From Eledone cirrhosa (taxonomy: Eukaryota), in the NCBI GenBank assembly GCA_964016885.1, contig OZ024760.1:12090001-12154000 (forward strand): 64,000 nucleotides of DNA. The letters run 5' to 3'. The notes under the pieces are model-generated. The model ran no database searches, had not been told where the DNA came from, and saw only the letters and a list, made by a program, of their open reading frames with translations. The position numbers and the translations under genes are program-made. Below, in pieces: positions 51,701 through 64,000 of the stretch. Numbering within the stretch: the first letter of the stretch is position 1; each line of letters starts with the position of its first letter.

Positions 51701-53561
51701 TTAAGTGATCTTGTCTTGCTCACACAGAACTGTTTCTGGCTTGGTTTCTATGTCTGGATGCCCTTCCTAATGCCAACCACATTTACAGTACAGTATATAC
51801 TGGATGCTTTTTGTTGTCTCAATTCAAATATTTATAATATCTTTATCAGTGGATAGATTGCTGTGAAAATGTGCATTAGGGTGAAAACTTTAATCCTTTA
51901 GCATTTAAACTGGTTGTATCTGGCCAGAATTCTCTCATCTCTTTCTGTTCAAACTGGCCATAAACAGCTGCTCATCATCATCATACGTTCGCTTTTCCCT
52001 GCTTGGAAGGGTGGGACGGGTCTTCTTCAGCACATCATCTCTCTATTCATCACGGTCCCTTTTGATCTCCTCTGTGAGCTTCAGCAATTTGAGGTCTGCT
52101 CTCACCACCTCTGCCCATGTTTTTCATGGTCTACCTCTACTGCATCTTCCTTTCACTGGGATTTCTTGGCACTTCTTCACCCAGCGGTCATCTTCCATGC
52201 GCAGATTCGATATTATGTGAGATAATTATCTGAAATAAAGTGTTTACCATGAAAATATTATAGAAAATATAAATGCTAAAGGGTTAATATTTTGTATGAA
52301 TATTTTATAGAAAATGTCTAAAAACAAGTTTGTTAATTCAAATATTTATAATATCTTTATTAGTGGACAATGAAAAATAGCAACAAAAGGCACATGGCTG
52401 AGTAGTTAGAGAATTGGATTCAAAATCATGAGGTTGTGAGTTCAATTCCTGGACCAGGTAATGTGTTATGTCCTTGAGCAAGACACTTTATTTCATATTG
52501 CTCCTTCTACCTGGAGTTGCAACAAATAGATAGTATTAGCAATTGGAAAGAACAATGGAAACATTGTTTCCTTGGTCCGATTTGACGAAAGTCGATCGAC
52601 TGTCGATTAGTGGACAGATTGTTGTGAAAATGTGCACTAGGATGAAAACTAATATTTCATGTGATGTGCTCATAGTGCTGTTTTGTACATTTCAAAGAAT
52701 GTCTCACTAATGTACAGATTGTTTTGTTAATCATGCGGAACAGAATATGAAGAGTTAAAAGAGTTAATAAAATTGTTTGGTATAAAGACTACCATTCTCT
52801 CTTCTCTGGTAAGGGAACCTTGGCAACATTATAATCAAAACAACTTCAACAAATTTCTTACATTCCTCAGACTAATCAATCAGAAATGGAACAGAGTTAC
52901 CATTTTTTTCTTTCCTCAGCTTGAAATCTTGTTATTGAAAAATATCATGGAATAAAGTTCCCAATAGAGAAAAAATAATTTTTAAAAGAAAAAAATGAAG
53001 AAATTGTTTGAAATAGTTCTTTAAATTTTGGAATTTAAAAATGGAAAAAGAATATAGAATAAATAATAATAATAATTATCTCTTTAAAGTTGTTAAAAAA
53101 AACAAAACGAACTAAATGTCTTTTGAATGATGTCATGAAATTTTTTAAAAAATTGCACTGCTTTCTAATTTCTTTATTCCAAGTAAACAGATAATTGTCT
53201 TAATTAATATTGAAACAAATTCAATTTGGCAGATTCGTTAGCGTAGTGGAGTAAATGATTGTATTTGTTCTGGTTCCCAGCACTGCAAGTTCAAATCCTA
53301 GGGAGGTTGACTTTACCTTTCATCACCATCATCATCATCACCATCATCTTCATCATCATCATCGTCATCATCACCACCACCACCAAAACTACCACTTTAC
53401 AGTGTAAGGGTGGTGGGTGGGAGGTGTATGGAAGGGGATATAGTGGTTAAGAGATGCCTGCTAGAATATATATATATACACACATATATATATACACACA
53501 CACACATATATATATATACACACACATATATATATACACACACATATATATATACACACAG

Positions 53562-53602
<41 letters not shown>

Positions 53603-53609
53603 GACACAC

Positions 53610-53656
<47 letters not shown>

Positions 53657-54381
53657 CATATATATACATACACACAGAGAAGGAATGAAAACAGACAAAG
53701 TTTAGCAGACATATGTCTAAACTTGTTTTGAGTATTTAACATTTTTTAGTAGGGAATTTAGTAAACCCTGGAATATCTGACGGATAACCTTTTGAATGGC
53801 TCCTGTGAAAACATCCCCATTAGTAATTTTGGGAGCTGGTTTGACAGAATGTTCTTCTAACTGTTGTTTATGTTGTCGGATAATTTTCCGTACACAACTC
53901 AAATTTCTAAATAATTACAACTGTGACATTTTTTTGACATTCATAGAAGTGGGGAAAATGTTCCAAGTAGTGTTTTATAATTTTATAGAGTCAGCCGATA
54001 ATAGCAGCTATCAATACAGTGACTTAGTGTGACTCAACCTCGGGTGTTTGTAGATGTACACATATACATACACACACATACACTTGTGTGTGTGTGTAGG
54101 TATATATGTACACATATATATACATATACATACACTTGTGTGTGTGTATGTACACATATATACACATATACATACATATACATATATACATACACACATA
54201 CACACACACACACACAAGTGTATGTACACATATATATACATATACATACACTTGTGTGTGTGTGTGTACACATATACATACATATGATGATGGCTGCCCC
54301 CTCGTTATCGAGTATGGCCATTGCACGAGAAGAAAAAAAAAAGATAATAATAATAATGAATAAATAAAAAGAAAAGAAAAA

Positions 54382-54418
<37 letters not shown>

Positions 54419-54705
54419 CACACACACACACACATTCACACACACATATACATACACACATACACTTGTGTGTGTGTATGTACACATATATACACATATA
54501 CATACATATATACATACACACATACACTTGTGTGTGTGTAGGTGTATATGTACACATATATATATACATATACATACACTTGTGTGTGTGTATGTACACA
54601 TATATACATATATACACATATACATATGTACACATATATACACATATACATATTTACATACACACATACACTTGTGTGTGTGTGTATGTACACATATATA
54701 TACAT

Positions 54706-55118
54706 GGTGGCTGCCAACTTGTTTTTGAGTACGGCCACTACTTTATATCCATGTAGGAGAACCCCTACTGATGCGCTGAACGAGTGTGACTTTTTAGTCC
54801 AGCCAGCAACTTGAAAACTCTGGTACAAACACTACACTTGTGACAATTATTGACACATAGTGCTGGGTCCATGGTGCCATGTGAGGACAAGTGCAGAGAG
54901 ATCTCCAGATATAAAGCAATGCCTGTGCCGTGAAGCTTTTATAGTGAGCAAAGGCACTGCACAAAGCCAGTCCCACTCTCTTAACCAAGATGATATTTAC
55001 CAAAAAGAAGATCAAGTCAACATCATTGGATACCATCAGAGTTGCAGGTGTTATATCAGAGTTTTCTTTCTCCTAGAATTCTGCCTTGACAAAGGCTAAG
55101 GGGTCATCTCTCCCGGGA
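54706..55118 (-). mobile_element. Copy of the 4203-4809 element
   Basis: High identity to 4398-4809. Confidence 0.85.
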
Positions 55119-56217
55119 GAGATATATATACATACACATATACATACACTTGTGTGTGTGTATGTACACGTGTATATACATACACATATATACATACACA
55201 CATACACTAGTGTGTGTATGTACACATATATATATATATATATATATACATATATATACCCATGCTAGCATGGAAGAATGGACGTAAACAGTGATGATAC
55301 ATTTATATACTTATATATACATATATACATGCCATAGTTGTGTACACACACACATGTGCCTATACATACATGTTTGCATGTACACATGTGTACACACACA
55401 CAATGCTGCATACACATACACACACGTGTGCCTGTACACTATATTCATATATATTCATATATACATGCAATAGTTGTGTATACACACACATACACACACA
55501 CATGTGTGCCTGTACACTATATACATATATACATGCAATAGTTGTGTACACACACAAACACATACACATACATACACACCAGACTGCACATACACACACA
55601 CACACACACACACGTGTGCACATGTACACACATATATACTTATATACATGCAATAGTTGTGTACACACACAGATACATACACGTACACACATATATACAT
55701 GTAATAGTTGTGTACACACACACACGTGCCTATACATACATGTTTGCATGTACACAACATATATACATGCAAGTGTTGTGTACACAATCAGTGATACACA
55801 CATACATACATACACACACATACATACATATACATACACACATGCAAGAGTTGTGTACATATTCAGTGACATTCACACATAGTCAAACATCTACATACAC
55901 ACACATACTAACTCACTCACACACTTACACAGACACACCATACACCACACACTCACACATACACACCACACACACCACTCACACACACACACACACACGT
56001 CTTTCAAAACTGGTTGGTCTTCAGCCTGATAGAATGTGATGCCAATGTCATCATCATCATCATCATCATCAACATCATTTTACGTCCGCTTTTCCCTGCT
56101 TGCAAGGGTATGAAATATTTTAATGTAGAATCCCGAAGGTATAACATTTTTAGAGTAAGCCCTTGCTAATAAGGGAAGCATATGTTAAATGACGACGACG
56201 ATGATGATGATGATAAA

Positions 56218-57240
56218 TATCAACTTGCTGGAGCAAGTCATGAAGGTCACAGAAAGAGTTATACCACAGTTTTCTCTAAATTTTCTTTAAATTTTCTCTA
56301 ATTCTGCCATAGATTCAGCTATAACGATTAGATCATCAACATACAGATCATCAACCACCTAAATGAGATGCAGTTTGGATTTGTACCAGGTAAAAGTATT
56401 ACTGATGCCTTTTTCCTTGTAAGGCAACCACAGGAGAAAGTACTTAGCTAAATGTAATCTGTTCTTCTTGGAATTTGTTGACCTGGAGAAATCTTTTGAC
56501 AGAGTCACCCATGCAAAAATCTTATAAAACTAGGAGTAAATGAGTGGCTTATGAAGGCTGTACAAGCCATGTATAGTGGAGCAGTCAGCAAAGTTAGGAT
56601 TTACAATGACTATAGCGAAGAATTTAGCTTGCAGGTAGGAATCCACCAGGGCTCTGTTCTTAGTCTTCCCCTATTTGTTAACATCCTGCAGGCTATATCA
56701 GAGGATTTTAAAACTGTCTGCACATGGGAACTCCTGTATAGTGATGATTTAATCCTTATAGCTGAATCTATGGCAGAATTATAGAAAAATTCCAGAGCTG
56801 GAAGCATGGCCTGGAATCAAAAGGTCTTAAAGTCTGGTAAGTAGTAAGGAAAACAAGGCTCTGCTCCCTCCTTCCCAGTGTGTAGGAAGTTGGGGGAGGG
56901 TAGATATTCCATTTTCTGTCCCAAATGCAAACTATGGGTACACATGAGATGTAGCAGAATCTCAGGTAGGTTAATAAAGAACATAGGTTTTATATGTAGA
57001 TGTTGTACAGGAGTAGTAAACAGCAAACGCTCACAGGAAACAAGCTCTATCAAATTACTAGGGGGTTTCATAGAAGCAGTTGACGGTTTCTATTACCAGA
57101 GTGACCAAATTAGCAGGTGGAGATGGGTGTTCCAAAAGTAGAGTAGCCAGAGTGAAAACAGAATGGAAAAAGTTCAGGGAACTACTACTACTGCTAACTA
57201 CAAAAGGTTTTGTTCTCTCAAAATGAAGAGTAGATTGTAT
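56218..57240 (+). pseudogene. Decayed RTE-type LINE reverse transcriptase
   Basis: MQFGFVPGKSITDA, FVDLEKSFDRV, VGIHQGSVLS and LLYSDDL motifs, with stops and frameshifts. Cys/His finger after the DD motif. Confidence 0.9.
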
Positions 57241-57925
57241 GAGTTCAAATGCCACCGAGGTTAACTTTACCTTTCATCCTTACGTGGTCGATTAAATAAA
57301 GTATCAGTAAATCACTGGGGTAATAGCTGACCTTGTCCCAAAAGTAGAAACAATTAATTTCACGAGTAGGCAGTTCCATTGATTCAATCAGCTAGAGCAC
57401 TCATCTTCGGAAACGACGGAGGTCCAGCAACTCTAACATCACTGTTATTTTTAACTTTGCGTACTAAAGTTTATTTAGCCAAGGGAGAAAACTCATAAAC
57501 ACATTCATTGATAAACACCCTTCAAATCTTACGTTGGTTACTAGAGAGTTAGGGGAGGAGGGGGCTTGTATGTTGTTTTTTTTGTGTGTGTATGACCCTT
57601 TCCAAGTCCATGTCCATAGGTCATGAACTTCAAATGGAGTCGTAGCGACACAGTAGTGGCTGATTTACGGCGTGTCTGGCAATTTTAAACCTGTAGGTTT
57701 CCATCACTTTCCAGGTAGGAACACAGCCGATTTCTTCCAGTGAAAGAGAACATGGGGAGAAATGTGAAACATATATAGAAGAATTGATCCCCGACACAGT
57801 CTGTAAAATAGTTGGTGATAGGAATGGCCCCCTCCCCCCAGTTCAAAAGGTCGAGTGGACGCTCCATTTGTGTCAAGGGCACAACCTCATTCTCTTTCTA
57901 TATATAAATATCTGCCTCTCTCTCT

Positions 57926-57996
<71 letters not shown>

Positions 57997-58916
57997 CTAG
58001 CATGGCCTCAGCCGGATGGCTGAAACAGGTAAAAGAATATATATATATATATATATATATCGTTTGGGGATTGTAACATCAGGTTATTGTTGGTTCACCC
58101 AATATTAGATCTGAGTTCAAATCCTGCCGGGGTTAGCTTTGCCTTTCATCTTTACGGGGTCGATAAATAAAGTACCACTAACGCTCTGGGGTCAATTTAA
58201 TCGACTTTCGCCTCCCCCCAAAATTGCTGGCCTTGTGCCTAAAATAGAAACAATCATTATTCACCATCTAAAGATATACAATTTTTATTACATTCTTATT
58301 GCAAAATAAAGTTTTAGATGAATTTAGATGTTAAATATTTAAGGGGCACAACTCTGTATATAAAAATCAAGGAATATCGTCATTCGTAGCGAAAGCCGGC
58401 ATTCGAAACTATGGCTATTGAAAACTGATATATATACAAAAGAATTATTTGGTGAAGTATAAAGGGAGAAATTTGAGGAATTATATTTGGAAAACATTAT
58501 AGTTGACGGGAAAACAATACTTAACTTGGAAAAGAAAACATTCTTACAGGAAGCAATTACTACTACTACTATTACAACCACCACTACTACTACAGGTATA
58601 CTCTCCGGAGAAAAAGAAAACGTTTGGTCGTAAAGTGCTAGAAAATATAGAAAGAAGATTAAAAAGAAGGAGGGAAGATAATCTGTACATAGTTTGTGAT
58701 TGAATTTTAAACAAATCGATAATAGACTTAATAATATTTACACACATATCTATTCTTGTACGCCGATTATTGATCGCCGGAAATTAATAATTTTAGTACT
58801 GCTGGTCTTCCATAGCTTCATCATTGATTCCAGAAACATGGCTGCCCATCAACCATATTGACATCCTAAATCGGCATAAATCCTATCACATTTCTTTCTC
58901 TTACATTTAATTCATC

Positions 58917-58963
58917 ATGCCATTACCGAAAAGAAGATCTCCTAGGCACAGAAAGGATCGGAG
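58917..58963 (+). CDS. First coding exon of transformer/feminizer-like RS protein
   Basis: ATG CCA TTA CCG AAA AGA AGA TCT CCT AGG... gives MPLPKRRSPRHRKDR(R). AG|GTAAAT donor, phase 2, matching the next exon. Confidence 0.7.
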
Positions 58964-59696
58964 GTAAATATTTTATTAATTCTTCCTTTCTCTGCCATCA
59001 TAATATAGCGTCAGAAATATAACTTGTAAAACCATTTTAATTACTAACTCAATATTAAGACCTCTGGGTTTTTTTTCTTTTAAATTTCAATTCTCAAAAG
59101 TGAGATACATATTCATTTTAGAAATTAATCGTGTATAAATTATATTTGTAAAGAAATAAATGAAAACCATTTCACTTTTTGGAAGAGAGACCGCTCCAAT
59201 AATAGTGAAAATGAAAACCAACGAATTATAGTTATCACATAGATTTCACTTTTAATTTGACCGCAATTACGCATAAGAAATATAAATAATTAAAGTAAAT
59301 TATTAGTAGGACAATCAAGTCTTTCAAGTGATATTATTTCATCATTTCCTCACCCTAACATGTTAAAAAAAAAAGTTGCAACTATACTGACACTGACCCC
59401 GAAATAACGATCTCTTTAATGACCACTAGGTCACCACATATAGGGTACAATACAAAAAGACGGGGACATTGAGGGGTGGGGTGGGGGTGTTAAATAAAGA
59501 AATGAACGGATTTAATTTATGTTTCCGCTGATAATTTTCACGATTTTCTTCACTAAAACATGTCTTGGACAACTTTGAAAGGTCATCATGATATCTTATA
59601 ACTATTTTAACATATTCACATCTAATTAATAAATACCTCTAGAAAATATACTAACGTTTGCAGCTACCCACACTTTGAAGATTTAATAGTAATAAT

Positions 59697-59905
59697 GGTT
59701 TCTGGTTTAAGCATAAAGCCAACAAATTTTTTTTTGTGGATGGGAGAAAGGAAAGTCGATTAAATCGACCCCAGTGTGTTACTGGTACTTTATTTTATCG
59801 ACCCTGTAAGGATGAAAGGAAAAGCTAACCTGGCGGGATTTAGACTCAGAACGTTAAGGAATGTAAATATATGCCGCAAAGCATGTTGTCTGACGCTCTA
59901 CCGAT
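59697..59905 (-). mobile_element. SINE S1-related copy in intron 1
   Basis: Reverse complement of the S1 body and head. Confidence 0.75.
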
Positions 59906-60295
59906 TACTACGAAAACGCCGGTTTTTTAATGAAATCGCTGCTTGTCTACATAGAAATGTCTCTGGCATTGATCGTATATAAATATATGTATATATATTA
60001 TAAATGTATAGTGTGTGTATGTATATATATATATATATGATTTAGGAAATCTATTATATCATCTTAATTTGTTATGTGTGTTCATGGATATATATATATA
60101 GAGAGAGAGTCGGTGAATAGAACAAATTAGGAAATGATCGTAAAACAATGAACTAATTAAGAATCTATCTTTGACTTTGTTTTAGTTTCATTTTTCAATA
60201 CACACATATATATTATCATCATCCTCACCGTTTAACGTCAATTTTTCCATGCTTGCCTGGTTAGATAGGTCGCCCACGTCATGAGACAAGTCTAG

Positions 60296-60370
<75 letters not shown>

Positions 60371-60878
60371 GTGTTACTCATGCTGGCATGGAAAAATTGA
60401 CGTTAAACCGTTATGAATATGATGATGATGATATATATATATATTTATATAAAAACACCCAGCCTACACTGTAAAGTGTTCGTGTATGTGTCACAACAAA
60501 AGTACCCAGACCACACTGTAAAGTGTTCGTGTATGTGTCACAACAAAAGTACCCAGACCACACTGTAAAGTGTTCGTGTAGGGGTCACAACAAAAAGCAC
60601 CCAGTCCACACTGTAAAGTGGTTGGTGTTAGAAAGGGCATCCAGCTGTAGAAATCTAGCCAGACACAGTCCTATATTTTCCCCAAATGGGACAACCTGTT
60701 TAACCCATGCTAGTGTGGAAAGTGAGCGTTAAACGATGATGATGATAAATTGATAATTGATTGATATAATAAATTGACTTGTGCATTATTACGTAATGTA
60801 CTGGGTAATTGCTGGCCTTGTGCCAATAGTAGAAACATTTATTACATAATTTATTTGTTCATTTAAAATATTTTCCAG

Positions 60879-61190
60879 AGAAAGATCTCCTGCGAAATCC
60901 CTCTCTCTTTACCACAGGAAAGAGAGCCACCACCACAGTGAAGGTTACATGCCCTACAGTCATGCAAACCATTATCGGCCAAGTGCTACAAGTAGGGACG
61001 GACATCGGTCAAGGTCACCTGTTGCACGTATGGCATCTCCACACAGCCCGACTCATACAATGTCCATGTCTCGACGACATAGGTTTTCTCCTGCTTCTCA
61101 CCATGACAGCCATAATCGTCGGGATCACCCAAGGAAGGGTTACAGCCCAATTCCAAGACGCAGTCCTGTCAGTATGAAGCGACGTTCAAA
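60879..61190 (+). CDS. Exon 2 of transformer/feminizer-like protein (R/S/P/H-rich)
   Basis: TTTTCCAG acceptor, AA|GTAAGC donor, phase 2/2. ERSPAKS...HRSRSPVAR...PRRSPVSMKRRS(K). Confidence 0.85.
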
Positions 61191-61243
61191 GTAAGCTTTC
61201 CGATTTTAATTTATTTGTGGTGCCACAGTCTTCTTTTTTTCCT

Positions 61244-61246
<3 letters not shown>

Positions 61247-61328
<82 letters not shown>
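61247..61328. repeat. (TC)22(GA)19 self-complementary microsatellite
   Basis: The TC run 61247-61290 directly abuts the GA run 61291-61328. Confidence 0.95.
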
Positions 61329-61331
<3 letters not shown>

Positions 61332-61774
61332 TATATGTGGTTGGTGTTAGGAAGGGCATCCAGCTGTAGAAAACCCGCCAGACAGTCCTATGCGAGCAAT
61401 GACAACCACTCTTGTCTCAAGTGGGAAAACTCCTGTCCAAACCCATGCAAGCGTGGAACATGGACGTTAAACGATGATGATGATATATATATAGAGAGAG
61501 AAAGAGAGATATATATATAGAGATATATATAATGATTTTTGTGAAAATCAGTCATATGGAACTATTGTCATCTTGCCTGATGGTTTGAACTTTACAACAC
61601 CACCTGCCTCTTTGAGGTCAAATACCAACCCTACTACCATTTACAAACTGACCAATGAGAATTAAGACTATTCCTGCTGACGACATTAAATTATTCCTAA
61701 CAAGCTCATATGTCCCAAGGCTCTGATACCATCAACACTATAAACACAGAGCTGGCATATCTAAGAACTGACTA

Positions 61775-61830
61775 ACTGCCTGATGAGGTCATAGCCATTC
61801 AATGGCTATCATTGAAATATATATAGCAGT
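61775..61830 (+). ncRNA. Type I hammerhead ribozyme (family J)
   Basis: ACUGC-CUGAUGA-GGUC-AUAGCCAU(UCA)AUGGCUAU-CAUU-GAAA-UAUAUA-UA-GCAGU, followed by AAUAAA. Confidence 0.75.
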
Positions 61831-61966
61831 AAATAAAGGATTATGAGTTCATGCAATTGACTTATGTTTCGTCACTATATATATATAAATGTATATATAT
61901 GTGTGAAGTAATTCCGTCGGAAAGGTCCAGGAAAAAAGAGTGCTCTATGTAGGTTACAGAACTTAT

Positions 61967-62193
61967 TAGTTATGTAATAAACAACATAAGATAATTATTT
62001 CATTTACCAGTGGTTTCTTGAAAGCAAGCAAATTTGCTTTCAGTCATCAGTGGATTTGCAAAACGTTTTTCAAATCCACTTTCAATAAACACACCAGGAT
62101 TTTTTCATTCTGATGACTGAAAGCAAATTTGTTAGCTTTCAAGAAACCACTGGTAAAAGAAATAATTATCTTATGTTGTTTATTACATAACTA
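61967..62193. ncRNA. Inverted pair of family B hammerheads
   Basis: Arms 61967-62050 and 62110-62193. The + copy (62104-62162) is near intact. The - copy has the core but a replaced stem I 5' strand. Confidence 0.8.
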
Positions 62194-62283
62194 AATATAT
62201 ATATATATATTTCTTCTGATGAAAAACTAGCGCCCAAAACGTTAAGACCCTCTTCTTGATATTTCAAGCGTTAACTTAATATA

Positions 62284-62328
62284 TTCCTGATGATTTCCTT
62301 CGAATGAAACAGTTCTAGTCCTGTAGAA
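62284..62328 (+). ncRNA. Hammerhead family C copy (core intact, 3-bp stem I)
   Basis: UUC-CUGAUGA-UUUC(CUUC)GAAU-GAAA-CAG...CUG-UA-GAA. Confidence 0.7.
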
Positions 62329-62411
62329 GCCATTTCTATATTAAATATTTATACTCTACTATGTATTGAGTACTCACTGTGGTTACCCCCGATTGAACCC
62401 AGGATACACAC

Positions 62412-62519
<108 letters not shown>

Positions 62520-62584
62520 ATTGACCATTTACAGAAGTCCCACCCATATTAAATTGTAATTGTTGTTTGATTTTGATTACCTAG

Positions 62585-63274
62585 GTCCCCGCTGTGGAGC
62601 AGTAGCAGACAGGTGGTGCCATCTATGTCACCCATACAATACAGTGGTCAACCCAGTTCCAGTTATAAGAAGTCAGGACAGTCATTTGGTCACTCCTCCT
62701 CTCAGCGGGCCTCTCTCTCTAATTACCACCACGACAGTCCACTACCTTCTTCTTCTTCGTACAACAACAGGAAGATGTCCCCAAATGCTTCGGGCTATTC
62801 GCAGCTGTCTTACCAGTCATCGCATGCTGTCGTTCCTGAAGATACCTTCAGTCGCGTGGCCCTTGGTCGGTCCTATCTACAGAATCACAGACGTTGTACT
62901 CTCACCGACCGTTTTAAAATGCTTGAACCGGAGACCTCTTTCCACTTTGATGAAAACATCACTATTGGTATTCATCGAAACTCACAGGTAGCACCTGGGT
63001 CTCCCCAACCTGTTCGACGGGATTTCAATCCCTATGAATTTGTGATGATCCGACAGAAGAACGAAGGAGCAAGGGCCCTCTTTGATCGAGAGGAACTGCG
63101 CCAATATAGCATCATTGATGTGGGCGAGGAGGAGCTTGGCTACAAAGAACTTCGTGTTGTGACTGTGGCCTCTCACGAAAGAGGGGATTACCCTGAACTG
63201 AGCGATGAGGAGTTCCGTAGCTGGTCGCCATCATATGTGGCTACCGAAGATGAGGTACATGGTTACCTTGATAG
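62585..63274 (+). CDS. Exon 3 of transformer/feminizer-like protein, containing a CAM/SDP_N-like motif; gene continues beyond the window
   Basis: CCTAG acceptor, AG|GTGAGT donor, phase 2/2, 230 open codons. Motif ENITIGIHRN...VRRDFNPYEFVMIRQKNEGARALFDREELR. Confidence 0.85.
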
Positions 63275-63591
63275 GTGAGTAAATGTGATTTTCAACGCAG
63301 TATTCATCAACATCATTATCATCACCATCATCACTACCACCCCCACCATTATCATCATCATCGCTTCCACCACCACCATTAACATCATCATCATCACCAC
63401 TGCCACCATCATCAACATTATCACCCCATCATCATCATTATCATCATCGTTTAACATCTGATTGTGGTATTAGTACAACACCTTACAGAGTGGCCTGGGT
63501 GCTTTTTTGTCATTTCACCAGCAAAGCCTCCTTGCAGGGTTGACTGGGTGCTTTTCATTGTGGTACCAGTATAACCACCTTTATATATATA

Positions 63592-63623
<32 letters not shown>

Positions 63624-63819
63624 CACACACACACAAGCAAGGAAAGGCGGACGTAAAATGATGATGTTGATATGATGACACATGCTCCAATAGTTTCTGT
63701 AAACTAAATTTTATTCACCAGGCATTGGTTAACCTAAGGCTGTAGTAGAAGATACTTGCCTGAGGTGCCATGCTGCGGGAGTGAACCAAACCCGAAACCT
63801 GTCAAGTGACTTCTTTAAC

Positions 63820-64000
63820 TCTTTAGCATTTACATTACTTTATATATACTATTGTATATTCATGGTAAAGGCTTTACCTCACATAATATCTCACATAACA
63901 TTTACATTACTCTATATATACTATTGTATATTCATGGTAAAGGCTTTACCTCACATAATGTCTCACATAACATTACTCTATATATACTATTGTATATTCA
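63820..64000 (+). mobile_element. piggyBac-type MITE left end with tandem subterminal duplication
   Basis: TTAA-CTCTTTAGCATTTACATTAC..., repeated at ~75-80 bp period. Confidence 0.75.

Noticed and set aside
63300-63450. ATCAACA matches suggesting Tra/Tra2 binding elements
   Set aside because: Only partial matches to the 13-nt element, embedded in a (CAT/CAC)n microsatellite. The same words occur at 34090-34380.

Overview
Eukaryotic, very AT-rich, microsatellite-saturated genomic DNA. The SINE families and (TA)n density suggest an octopus/cephalopod (inference, not verified). Almost all ORFs in the supplied track are repeat artefacts. Two spliced protein-coding genes are supported, both on +. 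(1) The last two visible exons of a claudin/PMP22-like tetraspan membrane protein (15240-15416, 45875-46209; ~30.5 kb intron). (2) The first three coding exons of an RS/SP-rich protein (58917-58963, 60879-61190, 62585-63274) carrying a motif that resembles the CAM/SDP_N domain of insect transformer/feminizer/csd. The rest is tRNA-derived SINEs, RTE LINE fragments, a TTAA-flanked piggyBac-type MITE and TE-derived minisatellites. The main hidden pattern is about 10 type I hammerhead ribozyme motifs with intact cores plus about 9 degenerate ones, from at least 8 unrelated sequence families. They sit in short inserts bounded by (TA)n tracts, are often inverted-duplicated, and look like Penelope-like pseudo-LTR/retrozyme remnants. 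Five lie in one 1.4 kb intron of the transformer-like gene. All folds and alignments were done by eye.
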